Assembly: GCA_951406725.2 (NCBI GenBank)
Contig: OX597823.1
Span: 86,800,001-86,864,000, forward strand
Length of the DNA stretch: 64,000 nucleotides
Source: Octopus vulgaris
Lineage: Eukaryota
Direction: 5' to 3'
Part shown: one piece after another, positions 40,705 through 55,829 of the stretch
Layout of the letters: each line of letters starts with the position of its first letter
How positions within the stretch are numbered: the stretch's first letter is position 1
Made by a program: the position numbers and the translations under genes
Notes under the pieces: generated by a model
Database searches by the model: none
What the model was told of the DNA's origin: nothing
What the model saw: only the letters and a program-made list of their open reading frames with translations

Positions 40705-41439
40705 CATATATATGTACTATATGTACATACATGCATTAATACGCTGCATACAAATACAAACGTAGTAAGAAATTTACTACAAAATGAGAAATAACGATAA
40801 AATAATTGACAAAATGGCGCCAATAAATTTCAGTAGCCGCTCAACATGGCTACACGAAATTACTGACTCAGGAACTCGCTCACTCCCGCTTTCCCTCCCT
40901 CTGTCTCTCTCTCTTCTTTCCCTTTATATATTAGTGTTAGCGTGAGTAAATACCTGTGTGAGTGTGCGTGTGTGCGTAACAGAGATAGTTTTTGTGTTAT
41001 CAAAGCAAAACTTACGAGATAATAACATTGATATTTACACGCATTTTGCAAATACAGAGAGACGAGATGGGTTTTCCATAGATTCAATCAGACGTTCACT
41101 ATTTGTTTGTAAATATGTCTTCTGGCTCTGTGTAACTGCTAAAGTTATTTTTAAGCTTTTGTAATACGGTTATTTTATACATACACAGATATATAGATAC
41201 ACGCATAGATATATTATATACATAAGTGTATCTGTATGAATGTATGTATACATAGAAACAATTGTACACACACGTATATATATACATACACGTACAGACA
41301 CACATACACACACACACACACATATATATACATGTACGAATGTATATATATGTTTATATATAAATATTTATATATGATGTATGTATATATTTATACACAT
41401 ATATAAGTTCGTATGTATTTCCCGCCCTAGAAATTTATA

Positions 41440-41487
<48 letters not shown>

Positions 41488-41602
41488 ATATATATATAAA
41501 ACTATGTATATATGTATATATGTATATAAGTATATATATATATATATATATATATACTTATATACATATACACACACACACACACATATCTATATCTATA
41601 TC

Positions 41603-41664
<62 letters not shown>

Positions 41665-42994
41665 TATGTATGTTCCTCTATGCTTATGTTTATATATTTT
41701 TTCTTTGCCGTTTTTGTATCTCTTGCTTCCTCACCTTGGCTGAAATTACTGATCACAATAAATGTTCGTAAGCTTGAATCTATTGTCGTGAAAACGAAAT
41801 GAATCGCTCTAACAGGTTTCCAATAACAGTAATAGCTAATATAGACAAGTTCTTTGTTGGATTTTCTATCCTATTGTCTACAGCCTTCAGCATTTCCTTT
41901 AAAATCTGCACCCAGCCATGTATCGAATATACAGGCCATTATCAATGTTTTTATTGTTCCCATTTCATGTGACGGTAAAATGATTGAGTGGTTGTTCGGT
42001 AAAGTGAGGCGAGAGAGAGAGAGAGAGGAGAAGGGAAAAGAGAGAGAGATCGAGGAGGAAGGAAGAAAGAGAGAGAGGAGAAAGGAGAGAGAGAAGGGGA
42101 GGTAACTGATCAAAATCTTTTGTAATATTAGATATGGTAAATCTAACACGAAGAGGTCAGAACAAAGATTGTTTCGTCGATAATAGTGCTATGTCAACTC
42201 ATTATAGCACTTCTTTAATAAATTTGATTCGAAGTGGGAATGAACAGCAGTTTACAATAAAAGTGAAAGAAAAGGACTGGGAGAAAGGGGATCAGGAAGG
42301 GAGGAAAAAAGGATAGGAGAATAACATAAGAAAGAAACAGGGAACATTTAAAAAAAAATATATAATACCTAACTGGAGAAAAAAAAAACAGGAAATTCTA
42401 TTAGCATAAAACGTTTTTACGGGTTTTTATTCAGCTAAGCTTTGGCTGTTTGTCATATATAGAGGAAAACCAGAGAAATAACACGCCTATTACTAAAGCT
42501 GTGGTCGCGTGTTATATGTTTAAGCCTATTGGCCAGCATGTGTGTAATAAACTCACACTCTTATTTAATGCGTTCCAGTAAATAGGTTTACTGCTATCGG
42601 TCGGTCTCGAGTTCATGTGCTGCGGATGAGGCCTGCTACTTTCATCTTGCCGAAATCAATAAAAAGCATGATATTGCTTTACAACAACGATGTTACGGTG
42701 TAGGTCTTGATCCGCTAACAATCCCTCTATTACAATAATTGGCATAATACTTATTTTATGCTTTTCAAAATCAGTTTTCGTTAGGTATCAGTCATAAACA
42801 CTCAGGCAATATTTAATTGAAATAGCCATCTGCGTATCATACTTAATGTATAGACATCGTTGATAGGCTTATTACAGCAACATCTTTCCCCAGATAACTT
42901 TTCTTACAGAAGTGTTGTTATAAAAATACAATAAATTCATCCCAGAAACGGCCAGCGTATTTAATGAACATGCGCCTTCGATGGGCCAATTACG

Positions 42995-43188
42995 GCAGTG
43001 TTTGTCCTGAAGTAACATCTCGTATCGTCGTGCTGTGTTAAAAACATAATAATTATCAAAAGAGATGAAAATTCGTTCCAGTAGAGGCTAGAAAGAAAGC
43101 CATTTGCATTTCGACCATTTTGGGCTAGCTTGATCCTATTGACTTTTTAACACAGCAAGTTATCCTGCTATCTCAGGACGAATGCTGC
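42995..43188. repeat. Degenerate fold-back / MITE relic
   Basis: gcagtgtttgtcctga...gctgtgttaaaaa is inverted relative to tttttaacacagc...tcaggacgaatgctgc. Confidence 0.55.
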
Positions 43189-44077
43189 ACTACCTGTCCT
43201 ATCGTCAGAGTGTATACATGACATATATTTCTAGTTTTCATGACTTTTCCTTCAGTTCATAAGTTAAAGAGATCAGACCTCACAACAGTTGTGAATCAAC
43301 TGCAGGTATGAATCACGGTTGTAATTCATGGATATACAGTCTAAAAGTTATCTATGTTTACAATCATTTAGGCATGGTTATGTGGTTAAGAAGGTCACAC
43401 GGGTTCAGTCCCACGGAAAAATACTCTCTGCTAACCAATGAGTTGTGAGAGAATTTGGAAGATGGATGGCCAAAACGGAATGCTAATGCTGCGACGTGAG
43501 GCTCGAGTAAACAGAAATAACTCTCAAATTGCCCACATGTCACATAGCGAAGCCTGGTATAAAGAATTCATATTTTAGATCAGATCTGATCTTATGACAT
43601 TGCAATCAACACAGTGTCCACAATCCCGATTGGATTGCAAGAATGCATATATGTAAATATATGTAAGTGAGGGTCCCTCACTTAGGCACTATAACTACAT
43701 ACCTGACACTCCTTTACTCTTTACTCTCTCATATTTCTACGCTCTCATATCTTTCTCTCTCTATCACCCTCACCTCCCCATTCCTTCCATCTATTCATCC
43801 TGACTGACCACTAAATAGTACACTTTCCCTCTCTTCTTATCTTTATTATCTCTCTCCGAGCTTTTCTTTTTTCCTTTATCCTTTTTTTTCTTTTTCGTTT
43901 TGTCTTTTATTCTTTTCTGTTTCCTCTCTTGCTGTTTTTGATTTGACCTTACAAATACATTTCCAACTTTTAAGTCACTTAAAAAAAGCCTTCGGTTCAA
44001 TAACACGGTTTACAAACTCTATGCTTGGAATGACCAATTTTAAATACTATTAGAACTTACTCACAAGGTACAGGAAT

Positions 44078-44130
<53 letters not shown>

Positions 44131-44254
44131 CATTATTTAATGGAAATACAGATACAATATCGCTGCATATCTCACGTCTATTTTTATTCCTCCACATCAC
44201 TCTCTATTTCATATTTTATCTAGAATAACTATTGCTTAACCATCCTCTCCCACC

Positions 44255-44302
44255 GTCTCCGATGAAGGGATATATAAAATATCCGGGAAACAGCTGTAAG
44301 AC
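44255..44302 (+). ncRNA. Minimal hammerhead ribozyme (U4C core) in a TA-embedded element (~44130-44370)
   Basis: GUCU-CCGAUGA-ag-GGAUAU-auaaa-AUAUCC-gg-GAAA-CAGCUG-UA/AGAC, with palindromic stem III ACAGCUGU. Confidence 0.7.
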
Positions 44303-44560
44303 CTTCTATCTATAAATGGTCTGAAATCTTTCACAGACTTGGATTTTTATCTCATTCTGTTAATTTTGTTTTTATATATACATATATATGAACACACCAG
44401 CATGCATTTGTTTATATATATATATATATATATATATACGTTTAGATATTTGTTGTGCAAGATTTTTTATGTGAAGTCGTGTGTTGAAACAGATATTCTT
44501 ATATTTCGGAATGGTCATATTTTTATTGGCTAAACTGGCAATATGACCATTCCGAAATAT

Positions 44561-44626
<66 letters not shown>

Positions 44627-45304
44627 ATATATATATATATACATATATATGAATACATGCATACATACACACATGCATTAATGCATATATATGTATATGT
44701 GCATGTTCCTCTGTGTGTGTGTGTACACACACACATACATATATATATATATTGCTGGCAGGCAGACAGGCAGGATGGATGGATGGATGGATGGATAGAC
44801 GGATCAATTGTATATGATTCACAGATGAATTAATCTGAGATCGTGTTTAGTATTGAAAGAACATAGATTTGAAAACAATATGCATTGTATACATTTCTAG
44901 ATAATATAATATACTATGATGTTTAGTACCTAGATAATATTTCATTCTACAATTTTTCACGCATTTTGCCCCAATTCCGAACATTTGACAATGTTACTGA
45001 AAAACAAAAACAATAGAAAAAATAGTTGTAATGTAACTACCGATTGTGTCTCAGAGACCAAGGTGTAAATGTAGATGATACCTTTTGATATAATAGTATA
45101 TACAATAAAATTATGAAGGGAAACAATGGCGTGTGTATAAAGGTGTGTAAACGTATGTGTTTGAAATGGATACCATGCCCTTTCAGCGACGTAATTTATA
45201 TACACACGTTTGTATATGTCTGTATGTGTGTTATTCTGTGTGTGTGTGTGCGTGTGCGCGCACGCATGTGTGTATGTAGGTACATATATATTTACACGCA
45301 CACA

Positions 45305-45339
<35 letters not shown>

Positions 45340-45889
45340 GTATATATATATACATACACACACATATATATACATATATATGCATACAAGCATATATATA
45401 TATATATATATATATATCTCAGTATGTCTTTTTGTATACAATTCTATATATACGTGTGTGTATGTGTGTGTGTGTGTGTATGTGTGTTTATGTATGCATG
45501 TGTGTATACATATATAAATATATATGCTCGACTAAAGGCGGTGCTCCAGCATGGCCGCAGTCAAATGACTGAAACAAGTAAAAAGAGTAAAAAAAAAAAA
45601 AGGAGTATACATTAATAATGCATCAATATAGTCAAATCTCAAACTTGCTGCCTATCATTGTGTCTTTCTCTCTCTCTCTCTCTCTGTTTTTCCCTCCTTC
45701 CTCTCTCTTTCTCTCTCTCTTTCTGCTTGTCTACTTATCCATTTGATTATGTATGTATGTATGCATGTATGTATGTATGTATGCATGGACGTTTGTAAGT
45801 ATGTATGTATCTATGTATGTATATATAAGTATGTATTTATACATAAATATATACATATATATCCTTGCTGCCTAGTTTGGAACTGAAAG

Positions 45890-46230
45890 TTATACCAACC
45901 ACTGAAATGAATGGCACTGCATATTACCAAAGTTCCCGTCTTCCGCATCCAGAACTATGACCCAAGTACTGTGATATCTTGGATTTGAAGGGCCCACAAC
46001 TATTGAATACTCTACCAAACAACATTTGCGAAATGCAAATGTGGAAGTTTTCAAAGAGCGTCTGGACAAATTTTGCCCCGCGACACCAGATGAACCAGCA
46101 TCGCGGAGTAGGAGGCACAAGGAAGGGCAGCTCCGTACGACTGGCTACGTCACCAGAAACGTTTCGGAAATGAAGCCGAAACACACTTTGCTCCAGTATG
46201 GTCTCCGCCTCTGGCTGAACCCAGCAGGGG
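45890..46230 (+). mobile_element. LINE 3' fragment (CR1/L2-group-like)
   Basis: GPQLLNTLPNNI...NVEVFKERLDKFCPATPDEP across frameshifts. Confidence 0.7.
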
Positions 46231-46287
46231 ATGAAAATTTTATCTGTAATTATATATATATTTATATGTACATCTGTATATGTTTAA

Positions 46288-46325
<38 letters not shown>

Positions 46326-46366
46326 ACACACACATAAATATAAAAGTATGTGTGTGTGCGTGCGTG

Positions 46367-46421
<55 letters not shown>

Positions 46422-47575
46422 ATTTGTATATTACTATAGTAAAAGTTTAAAGACTGCACAGAGATATAAGAAGGGAGCGGTTGTGGAGAATGAAAGAAAA
46501 AACAAATATGGATTCTGAAATAAAATGACACAGCATGGAAAGTAGAAATGGTTATAAAGAAAATACAACAGGAACGATGCAACGTATAGGAAAATCACCC
46601 CAACCAGACCTCACCCAATATACAAATACATAAATAAATAAATATATAAGTATCATGGAAAAAATACCGAACACAGTTCAATGTTTAGAAGAAAAAAATG
46701 AGAGTAATGAAGGATTGTGTAGAAAAGAGAGAGTTTCAAATAGAATTAACAGCTGCTTTAAGACACTTTTGTCCCAGCAAAGAGGATGAGAGTTGCGAAT
46801 GAAACGAAAGGAAAAGGTAGTTATTAGGAAATGTTCGGTGAATTAGTGAGAGGTAGGGGTTGATTTAGGGTTGGGGCGTGGCAGAAATTGGAATAAAAGA
46901 AAAGAGAAAAGCGCAGAAAGATGATGATTTACATTGAAGTTAGTGACTATAGAATGAATGAAAAGAAAAGATTGTTTAATTAACCTTGTATTGATTGATG
47001 GGAAGAAAGGAAAAGTGATATGTGATATGTTTAGAGTAGAATTAGACGTGAGCTAGTGAAAATAGAGAAAATTAGCAGCAAAAGAGATTAAAGTGTGTAT
47101 GGATTTTAAAGTATCGCGTTGGTTTAAAAGCGCGAGCTAGCAAGCAATCTACCGCAGACTCAATTAATATATCAAGGCGACAATCTTAAAGCGTAAGGCG
47201 ATGAAATTTTGGCAAATGGTGACAAACGGAAGCTGTAAATGCTAGCGAGAATTTCCGAAATAGCTGCGATAACTGTGATATTTCAGCTGCTGCAGAGGAA
47301 AAATTAATTTGCAGCATGGCGTTGCTCCAAGTCCTCTCTTTCCTCCTACCACTTCACAATAAAGAGATCTGTATAAGTGTTATTAATAGAGAGAATTAGC
47401 AGCAATTCTTGCAAGAGAAGCAGAGGCATCAAAAATGGCGGCGGCGGTGGTGGCTGCGGCAGCGGCGGCGGTGTCAGCGGGATTATCAGGAGCAGAAGCC
47501 GAAGCAGAACTAGAAGCATCGGCAGCAGTCACAGCAGCAGCAGCAGTAGCGGCAGCAATAGCAGCAACAACAGCT

Positions 47576-48180
47576 GTGGAGGCGTAATGGCCCAGTGGTT
47601 AGGGCAGCGGACTCGCGGTCGGAGGATCACGGTTTCGATTCCCAGACCGGGCGTTGTGTGTGTTTATTGAGCGAAAACACCTAAAGCTCCACGAGGCTCC
47701 TGCAGAGGGTGGTGGTGACCCTGTTGTACTCTTTCGCTCCAACTTTCTCTCACTCTTTCTTCCTGTTTCTTCCTACGCAACCGCTGAGACTGGATGCGCA
47801 TTCATCCATCCGTCGATGCTCTCGGTGTCGGGGGTTGACCTGCTTTCACTTCTGCGGGTCTTACGAATAGCAAAGAACCCTGTTTCGGACATCTCCCACG
47901 AAGACCACTTCACTCAACAAACAAACAAACAAACAAGCAAGCAGCAACAGCAGTAGCAGCAGCAATAACAGCAGCAACAGCAGCAGTGGATGCGCAATAG
48001 CCCAGTGGTTAGGGCAGCAGACTCGCGGTCGTAAGAACGCGGTTTCGATTTCCAGACCGGGCATTATGAGTGTTTATTGAGCAAAAACATCTAAGCTCCA
48101 CGAGGCTCCGGCGGGGAGGATGGAGTGAACCGCGCTGTACACTTTCACCACAACTTTCTCTCACTCTTTCTTCCTACTTC
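47576..48180 (+). mobile_element. Two tandem SINE family B2 copies in (CAG/CAA) repeats
   Basis: ggaggcgtaatggcccagtggttagggcagcggactcgcggtc...gtttcgattccc, with A and B boxes. Confidence 0.85.
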
Positions 48181-48998
48181 TGCCACTAAGCAGAGGAACC
48201 ATGGTGTAACCCATTATGGTGTGGTAAACTTTCAGGCCTTAGTCTAGATTGCGAATCTTCTGTACCCCAGGATGGTTCAGCTCTCCACTCGTTAAAAGCC
48301 ACCGTTTACGGAATGAGGATAACAACGTAGCTTTTGCACCCGTGCAACCGCCAGTTTATCGCGTGTGGTGGGTGGATCTTCAAGCTGCCACACGCATCCT
48401 TATTAGCTTAGAGTAGTCTCGGATTAGAGATTATTCTATGTGGATAATGGCGTGAGTCCTGACTGGAAGAAGAAGAAGAAGAAGAAGAAGAAGAAGAAGA
48501 AGAAGAAGAAGAAGAAGAAGAAGAAGAAGAAGAAGAAGAAGAAACAGCAGCAGCAGCAACAACGTAGCTGGAGCTACAAAAACATGAGTCTGTATTATTG
48601 ATAGAGAGTCGAACAAAATGTATTTTTGTTCCAAAGATGTCGGATTCAAATCTGGCATTTCATTGTATTTGAGGGTTTTTCTTGTGCGCAGTAATGCTAG
48701 GGATAAGAAGTGGGGCCCACATAATCAAGTTGAAGCAATCCTAGAATTTGTAGCTTCATGCATATTTTAGAAATAATAATAATCGTTTCAAAAGTTGGTA
48801 CAAGGGCCACAAATTTCGGGTGAGTATTTAAGTCGATTAGATTGACTTCAGTCCTCAACTGGTGTATATTTAATCAACCCCGAAAGGAAGAAAAGCAAGT
48901 CGACCTAGGCGGAATTTGAACTCAGAAAGTGAAGAGCCGGAAGAAATGCCGCTAAGCATTTTATCTGATGTACTACCATTTCTATCAGATTACCGCCT

Positions 48999-49045
<47 letters not shown>

Positions 49046-49149
49046 TAATGCTATATACAGAAGTGGCTAAGGGTTTGAAAGATGAGTTTGAAAATTAGAA
49101 TTTTTATATTAAATGCCCAAATATATATATATACGTTGTGTATATTTGA

Positions 49150-50115
49150 ATTGAATTGCACTTGGATATAATTGCTTCACAGAATATGAAGTAGTTTTAC
49201 TGATACCAATTTACGCTAGACGGCGAGCGTTTACGTTAAAAATTGCGAAAATGTCAGTAAATGTATACCTCTGGTGAATGGCGAAATGTGTACTGCTGCA
49301 GGAACCTAGCATACTGGCAGGAATAAATAGATTCTGAAAAAAAAATTGTTTTGGAGAAGCCTGAGGCATTGGACAAGATCCTCAACTTAACTCAAGAAGG
49401 TCGCAACGGCACGTATTAATGAGGTATAGAAAACCTGAGATGCATAACCGTGGTGTTCGTTCTTTCCATGGTTATGGAAAGATTTCCAAGCGACCACCAA
49501 CTAAATGCATTTACAGAAATTAACCAATGAAAACACGTATCACTAAACAAAAGGACGGATCCCTTATCCATCAACAAGAATAACACGTTCCTTCGCACTT
49601 TCCAGTTTTCATCCAACATGGTCTTAGGCAGAACAGCTTGTGGAAATTCAAGTGGCTTCATTACAACTTTGCCCAGCCGTAACCCTTAGATATGAGCATT
49701 TTACACGCGGACCCATAATCTCAATGGACACACAAAAAGGTACGGACCTACATAGACCTACGGAAATAACTCGAGTGACAGCTTGTTGGTTCCTTTGTAA
49801 TCATTGGTTCTTTTCAGTTGAACTCCACCGATTTTGGCTGAGAGATATCGTTCATTGAATCGTCTCTGGAATTTTTCTGGTAATATACAGAGTGTTCAAA
49901 AAATCTCACCGCAGTAAGTATTTAATGGTTTTCGGGCGATTCTTGTACACAGATCCTTTACTTAACTCCCCAGAAAAAAAAAGTCAGGCGGTGCGTAATC
50001 AAGTGATCTTGGCGGCCAAAGCCCCTTCAAAGTAATCCGTTCACCGAAAATCTCTTGAAGTTGCGCCGCCATGGTGATGCGTAGGATGAAAAGCATTAAC
50101 TGTGGAGATCCTTTT
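49150..50115 (-). mobile_element. Tc1/mariner-superfamily relics
   Basis: EIFGERITLKGLWPPRSLDYAPPDFFF, VLFSDTCFH, and a TIR-like TACAGAGTGTTCAAAAAA at ~49886. Confidence 0.55.
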
Positions 50116-50214
50116 TGAACATCATGTATAATACATTTAAGGTGGCGAGATGGCGGGATCGTAAGCACGCCGAAAAAAATGCTTAACTTCCGAGTTCGAT
50201 TCCAGGCAGTGACA

Positions 50215-50281
<67 letters not shown>

Positions 50282-50377
50282 CAACAACAACAACAACAAC
50301 AACAATAATAATAATAACAATAATAATAACATCGAGAAATACCTTAGGAATGAGAACCAGGTTCGAAATTTCCCCAA

Positions 50378-50423
50378 GACACCTGATGAAGGCTGGAGGG
50401 TATATCAGCCGAAACGTTGTGTT
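50378..50423 (+). ncRNA. Minimal hammerhead ribozyme, canonical core, in an (AAT)n-embedded element (~50330-50500)
   Basis: GACAC-CUGAUGA-A-GGCUG-gaggguauau-CAGCC-GAAA-CG-UU/GUGUU. Confidence 0.8.
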
Positions 50424-50499
50424 AATAACAAACAAGAATGTAAATAATGTAAATAATATAAAAAATGTACATAATTCCTCATCTCTTAAATATAGAACT

Positions 50500-51140
50500 G
50501 TAACGGCATTTCGTCCATTTTTACGTTTTGAGATCAAATTCCACCGAGGTTGACTTTGTCTTTCAATTTTTCGGGATCGAAAAAATACGTAGCAGCTGAA
50601 CACTGGAGTAGATGTCCCCCAAAATTGCTGGCCTTTAGACAAAATATGAAACCACTATATATCTAAGGCGGCGAGCTGGTAGAAACGTTAGCATGCCGGG
50701 CGAAATGCTTAGCGGTATTTCGTCTGCCGCTACGTTCTGAGTTCAAATTCCGCCGTGGTCGACTTTGCCTTTCATCCTTTCGGGGGCGATAAATTAAGTA
50801 CCAGTTAGGCACTGGGGTCGATGTAATCGGGTTAATACGTTTGTCTGTCCTTGTTTGTCCCCTCTGTGTTTAGCCCCTTGTGGGTAGTTAAGAAATATAT
50901 ATATCTAAGGCGGAATCATGCCGGATAAAATGCTCAGCGGCATTTCGTCCGTTTTACATTGTGAGTTTGAATACATTTTGGTCGGTTTTGCTTTTCATCT
51001 CTTTCGGGATCGATAAAATACATAGCAATTAAGCACTGGAACTCTGTGTGTGTGGAGGAGTGGGACTCGATGCAATCGACTTCCCCCCCACACACACACA
51101 CACACTCCTTCAAACTTACTGGCCTTGTGCCAACTACTAA
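50500..51140 (+). mobile_element. Cluster of three SINE family C copies; full copy at 50665-50897
   Basis: The full copy is flanked by the duplicated sequence tatatatctaaggcgg. Confidence 0.85.
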
Positions 51141-52210
51141 TCTTCATTGGTTGGGGAAACTTTTCCAGAGTCAATAAAATATTTGGGTGCTGCTGTGGTT
51201 ACTGCCTCTACTCCTCCTCCTCCTCCTCCTCCTCCTCCTACTACTACTACTACTACTACTGCTACTGCTACTACTGCTACTACTGCTACTACTACTACTG
51301 CTACTAATGCTACAACTACTAGTAGTAGTAGTAGTAGTAGTCATGCTATTATTACAATTACTGCTGCCGCTACTGCAATTTTTACTAATATTGCTTCCGG
51401 TTTTGTTGCTACCGTTACCTGTACATTTTCAAGTCGGATGCTGTGACATTCATGCTCTTTCGTCCTAAGCGCAATAGCAGTGTAATTACATTGAAATGCT
51501 AACCGGCCTCTTGTCTGTTTCCAATAAACACCATCAAAAATACGCAGAGCGAGAAAATTTAGAAGAAAACATGAATTAACTCCCCTTAAGACTAAATAAC
51601 ACAATTCTACTGAAATGTTCGTTTGGATGTTAGTTTTCGTTCAAAATATCTTTGTTAAATTTTATTTTATTTTTATTTTATTCTTTCGTTTTATTTTTTA
51701 TTTTTATTTTTATAGATTAACTAGTGGGGGTGGCTGGCCAAATAGTATTATTCATTTGAACTTCGCTTAATGGTTTATTATCGTTGTCTCTTAATAAAAG
51801 ACTTTATTCTAAGTCACCTTTAATCTTTTTATTATAGTTTTAATGTCCAGATATCAATCGCAATTAGAAAAAAGAGCACGAGGACAAATTATTTGATTAC
51901 ATAATGATGCCTTATTGTCCGATAGACGATCAATATTGCTGTCCTTCTATTGATTGAGCAGAAAAGGCCACTAATAAACATAAAAATAAATAAATAAAAA
52001 TAATATAAAATACAAAAAAAAACACACAAAAAATCAGCTTGTACACAAGTTATAATTGTTTGTAAATTGATTTTCTCTCAAATGTAAAGAATTTGAAAAG
52101 GAGATACGCCCCTCTAATAATGTTGTGAGTATCATTATCCTTATTGTTGTCATTGTCGACGATTTCCAGCATCATCATCATCGTCATCATCATTATCATT
52201 ATCATTATTA

Positions 52211-52241
<31 letters not shown>

Positions 52242-52558
52242 GTCGGTTTATACGAGAATGCTTATGACTTCAACCAATTAACGATACATGCAATTTGCAT
52301 AGTTACCAAAGAGTGGTTTAAATATATATATATATATATACATGCGTTATCATAATTATATATGCACATTTATGTATGTATATATATATATATATGTGTG
52401 TGTGTAGACTTATGTGCGCATAAGCAAATATTTACGTATACCTTCACAAAAATATGTATACATGCATACATAGGTAGGCACACACAGATATTTGTGTACG
52501 TATGTACGTGTAAACTTGTGCATGCATATATATATATATATGTTTATTTGTATGTGTG

Positions 52559-52590
<32 letters not shown>

Positions 52591-52659
52591 TGTATGTATG
52601 TATTCAGATATATAAATAATTTTCTATCTAATCTCGAAGTCTCATTCTTTTGTTGTTAC

Positions 52660-52735
<76 letters not shown>

Positions 52736-52790
52736 CATCATCATTATTATTATTATATATGTACACACACACACGCGCATATATATATAT

Positions 52791-52831
<41 letters not shown>

Positions 52832-52851
52832 TATGTACATACATATATATA

Positions 52852-52896
<45 letters not shown>

Positions 52897-53000
52897 TATG
52901 TACTTGTGCGGTTGTATGCACGTTTATATCTGCGTATGTGCGCAGATGTATGTGCATTTTTGTGTCTGTATATATACGTGTGTGTGTGTGAGCAAATATG

Positions 53001-53036
<36 letters not shown>

Positions 53037-53292
53037 CATGAATGTGTGTGAGTATCTAAGTATATCAAGTTTGAAGAATCTGTGGCAGTAGTGATGACTG
53101 TCTATGGTTATTTGTCTACACTAAAATAATGCAAAATACGTAGAAATTGCTCGAGCATTGCACAATTTCTGGAATATTCTCTTTCAGTTTTACGAAAAAG
53201 TTTATAATTAGATGAGTTTTATTGTAAACGATGAAATTAAGCACATTGTCTTAATCATTTCTTTTAAGTAGTGGTGTATATAAATTCATCTG

Positions 53293-53379
<87 letters not shown>

Positions 53380-53571
53380 GTCTGTCTATCAATTTATCTA
53401 TCTATCTAGCCATTAATCTATCAGTCTATCTTTCTATCTGTCTATCTATCAATCAATCAATCTATCTATCTATCAGTTCAGCTATTTGTTTAGTCAATCT
53501 ATCAGACTATCTATCTATCTTACTGTCGGTCTATCTATCTGTCAGTCTATATACTTATTTATTTATTTATG

Positions 53572-53667
<96 letters not shown>

Positions 53668-53689
53668 GCTATCTATCTAGCTAGCTAGC

Positions 53690-53825
53690 TATCCGATCCC
53701 TTTTGATCGAAATTTTACCTTTATTTTCTCATTTTTTCCTCTTTTTCGTTTTCATTTTCGAAAAGAAAACTCTATATTTGTATTTGTTCCCTCTGTGTTC
53801 AGCCCTGTGTGACCAATAAAGAAAG
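53690..53825 (+). mobile_element. Retroposon 3' fragment in (TATC)n
   Basis: Inverted homolog of 14038-14180. Confidence 0.7.
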
Positions 53826-54053
53826 TTATCTATCTGTCTATCTGCATCTCCATATGTATGTATCTGCATATCTACATATGTATGTATCTATATCTGCATA
53901 TGAATATGTAGGTGTGTAGACTTTATCGATTTGTGTATTCGAGTCACAGTTCTTTGTACCTGGCGTTATATTTCAAGCTACTCCTTATAATGAACTGTAA
54001 ATGAGTATCAGATGATTGCTTTGTCCCTTTCGCTCTCACTCCTTTTCTCTCTC

Positions 54054-54099
<46 letters not shown>

Positions 54100-54674
54100 C
54101 TACATTCTCTCCGTCTTCTTTTTCTTTCTCTTCATTTCTCCCTCTCTCTCCATTTCCCACTCGTTCTCTCTTTCAATCTCAGGTTTGAAGAATGTCTGTG
54201 TGTTTAAGTCTGCTCATGGCTATGCAGGCACCAAAAATGATTAGCAATGCCATGTAGCATATCTCCAAATTTTAAACGCTCGAGATAGACGGCTTTATTA
54301 TATTTCTGTAACTATGTACACATGTATGCGTATATGCATATGTCTCGATGTAAAAATCACATACATACTCTCAAAACACACACAAATAATGAAGGCCTCC
54401 GTAAATCTAGCAGATCATAGGTCTACGTCTAGAAGACTCTGTTTAGCCTTTGCGGATAGAACAACATATTCAGTACTTTTCGAGGACACGAGTATGTCAC
54501 TTCTGGCTACAGTGACCGCATTTAAAATCAATATTTACCAACCTTGTCTCAGTTTTTTCTTCCCAATGATTTTGTTTGACTATATCAGCTAACTGCAAGC
54601 TTTTTTTTTCTCTTTGCAAACACACCTGCACCTGTTAAATATTGAAGTCAACAGACATGATATAGTTCTCAAAT

Positions 54675-54708
<34 letters not shown>

Positions 54709-54788
54709 CGTGTGTGTGTGTGTGTGCCTGGGTGCAGGTATATATATGCATATGTATGTATATATACATATACATGCATATATATATT

Positions 54789-54854
<66 letters not shown>

Positions 54855-55020
54855 TAAGTATAATGAATTATCCTAGTAGTAATTCGGTTAACCGATACCC
54901 GGTAGCAAATTTACGTCAGAAAGCACGGTTAAAGCTACATGCCAAGGGCAGAAATCGTGTGGAAATTGGTGTTTTTACTATAGATAAATGAAAGTAATCG
55001 TCGTTCGACTCCATTCTTTC

Positions 55021-55067
<47 letters not shown>

Positions 55068-55329
55068 ATAGTTTACGTGGTCGTTGGGGATGTGGACCAG
55101 AATGTTAAATTTGGTTTCATGGCTATTATTACATTTATCAAAATAAACATCCGGATGAAGCAAAGTTTTAGAATCCTTGAAATCTGGGCCACGCAAAGTT
55201 TGGAAGTTTGCATCGCATAAATATCTATGCATTTGCATATGTTTATATAAATATAAACATATTTCTTCTAAAAAGAGATTCTTTAAGTAACCTTTTTCTT
55301 GACATGCGGTGAACGTAACCTGAACAATG

Positions 55330-55800
55330 GAGGTGTAATTATTGAAATAAATTCAGAAGATCGTGTATCCGTGTGCGAACCAGAAACTCATTTTCGGGGC
55401 TCCGTCAGTCAACTTGATCTCCAAGATTCATCTCACGTGTCATAGCTGGAATACGCTGACTCACCGCATTTGTCTGGAAGTATATTCTCTTGATCGTAGC
55501 ACCGTGATAGAATTCTAGTAGACTGCTGTCCGGGTGTCCTCCGTTAACTTAATATTCTTCCAGGATCGTTTTGTAAGCATGGCTTATGTGAAGACTGTTC
55601 CGCCACTGCGTCTCTTGATCTCAAACTATAGAGAGATAGATGTTGTCCTTGCGGACAGATCGAGGTATGTGAATACGCAGACTACATTCTGCTCGCGATT
55701 GTTAATGTTAATGGAAGGGGGTTATCAATCATATTGTCCCAGCAAGTGCGTCTTCTACACAAGACTTTATAGACGCTTTCGAGACTGTCCAAGAAGAGTT
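55330..55800 (-). mobile_element. Highly degenerate RTE-like ORF fragment
   Basis: Minus-strand KRSWKNIKLTEDTRTAVY...ILEIKLTD resembles the RTE post-RT region. Confidence 0.4.
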
Positions 55801-55829
55801 GCAGTTGATTTGCTGTTACTGTTGCTGTT

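Noticed and set aside
47377-47670. Gly/Ser/Arg-rich ORF
   Set aside because: Trinucleotide repeats running into a SINE; no splice or domain evidence.
55145-55190. CGGATGA...CTTGAAA possible HHR relic in the inverted duplication
   Set aside because: The core is mismatched, stem II is weak, and no NUH/stem I register is present.
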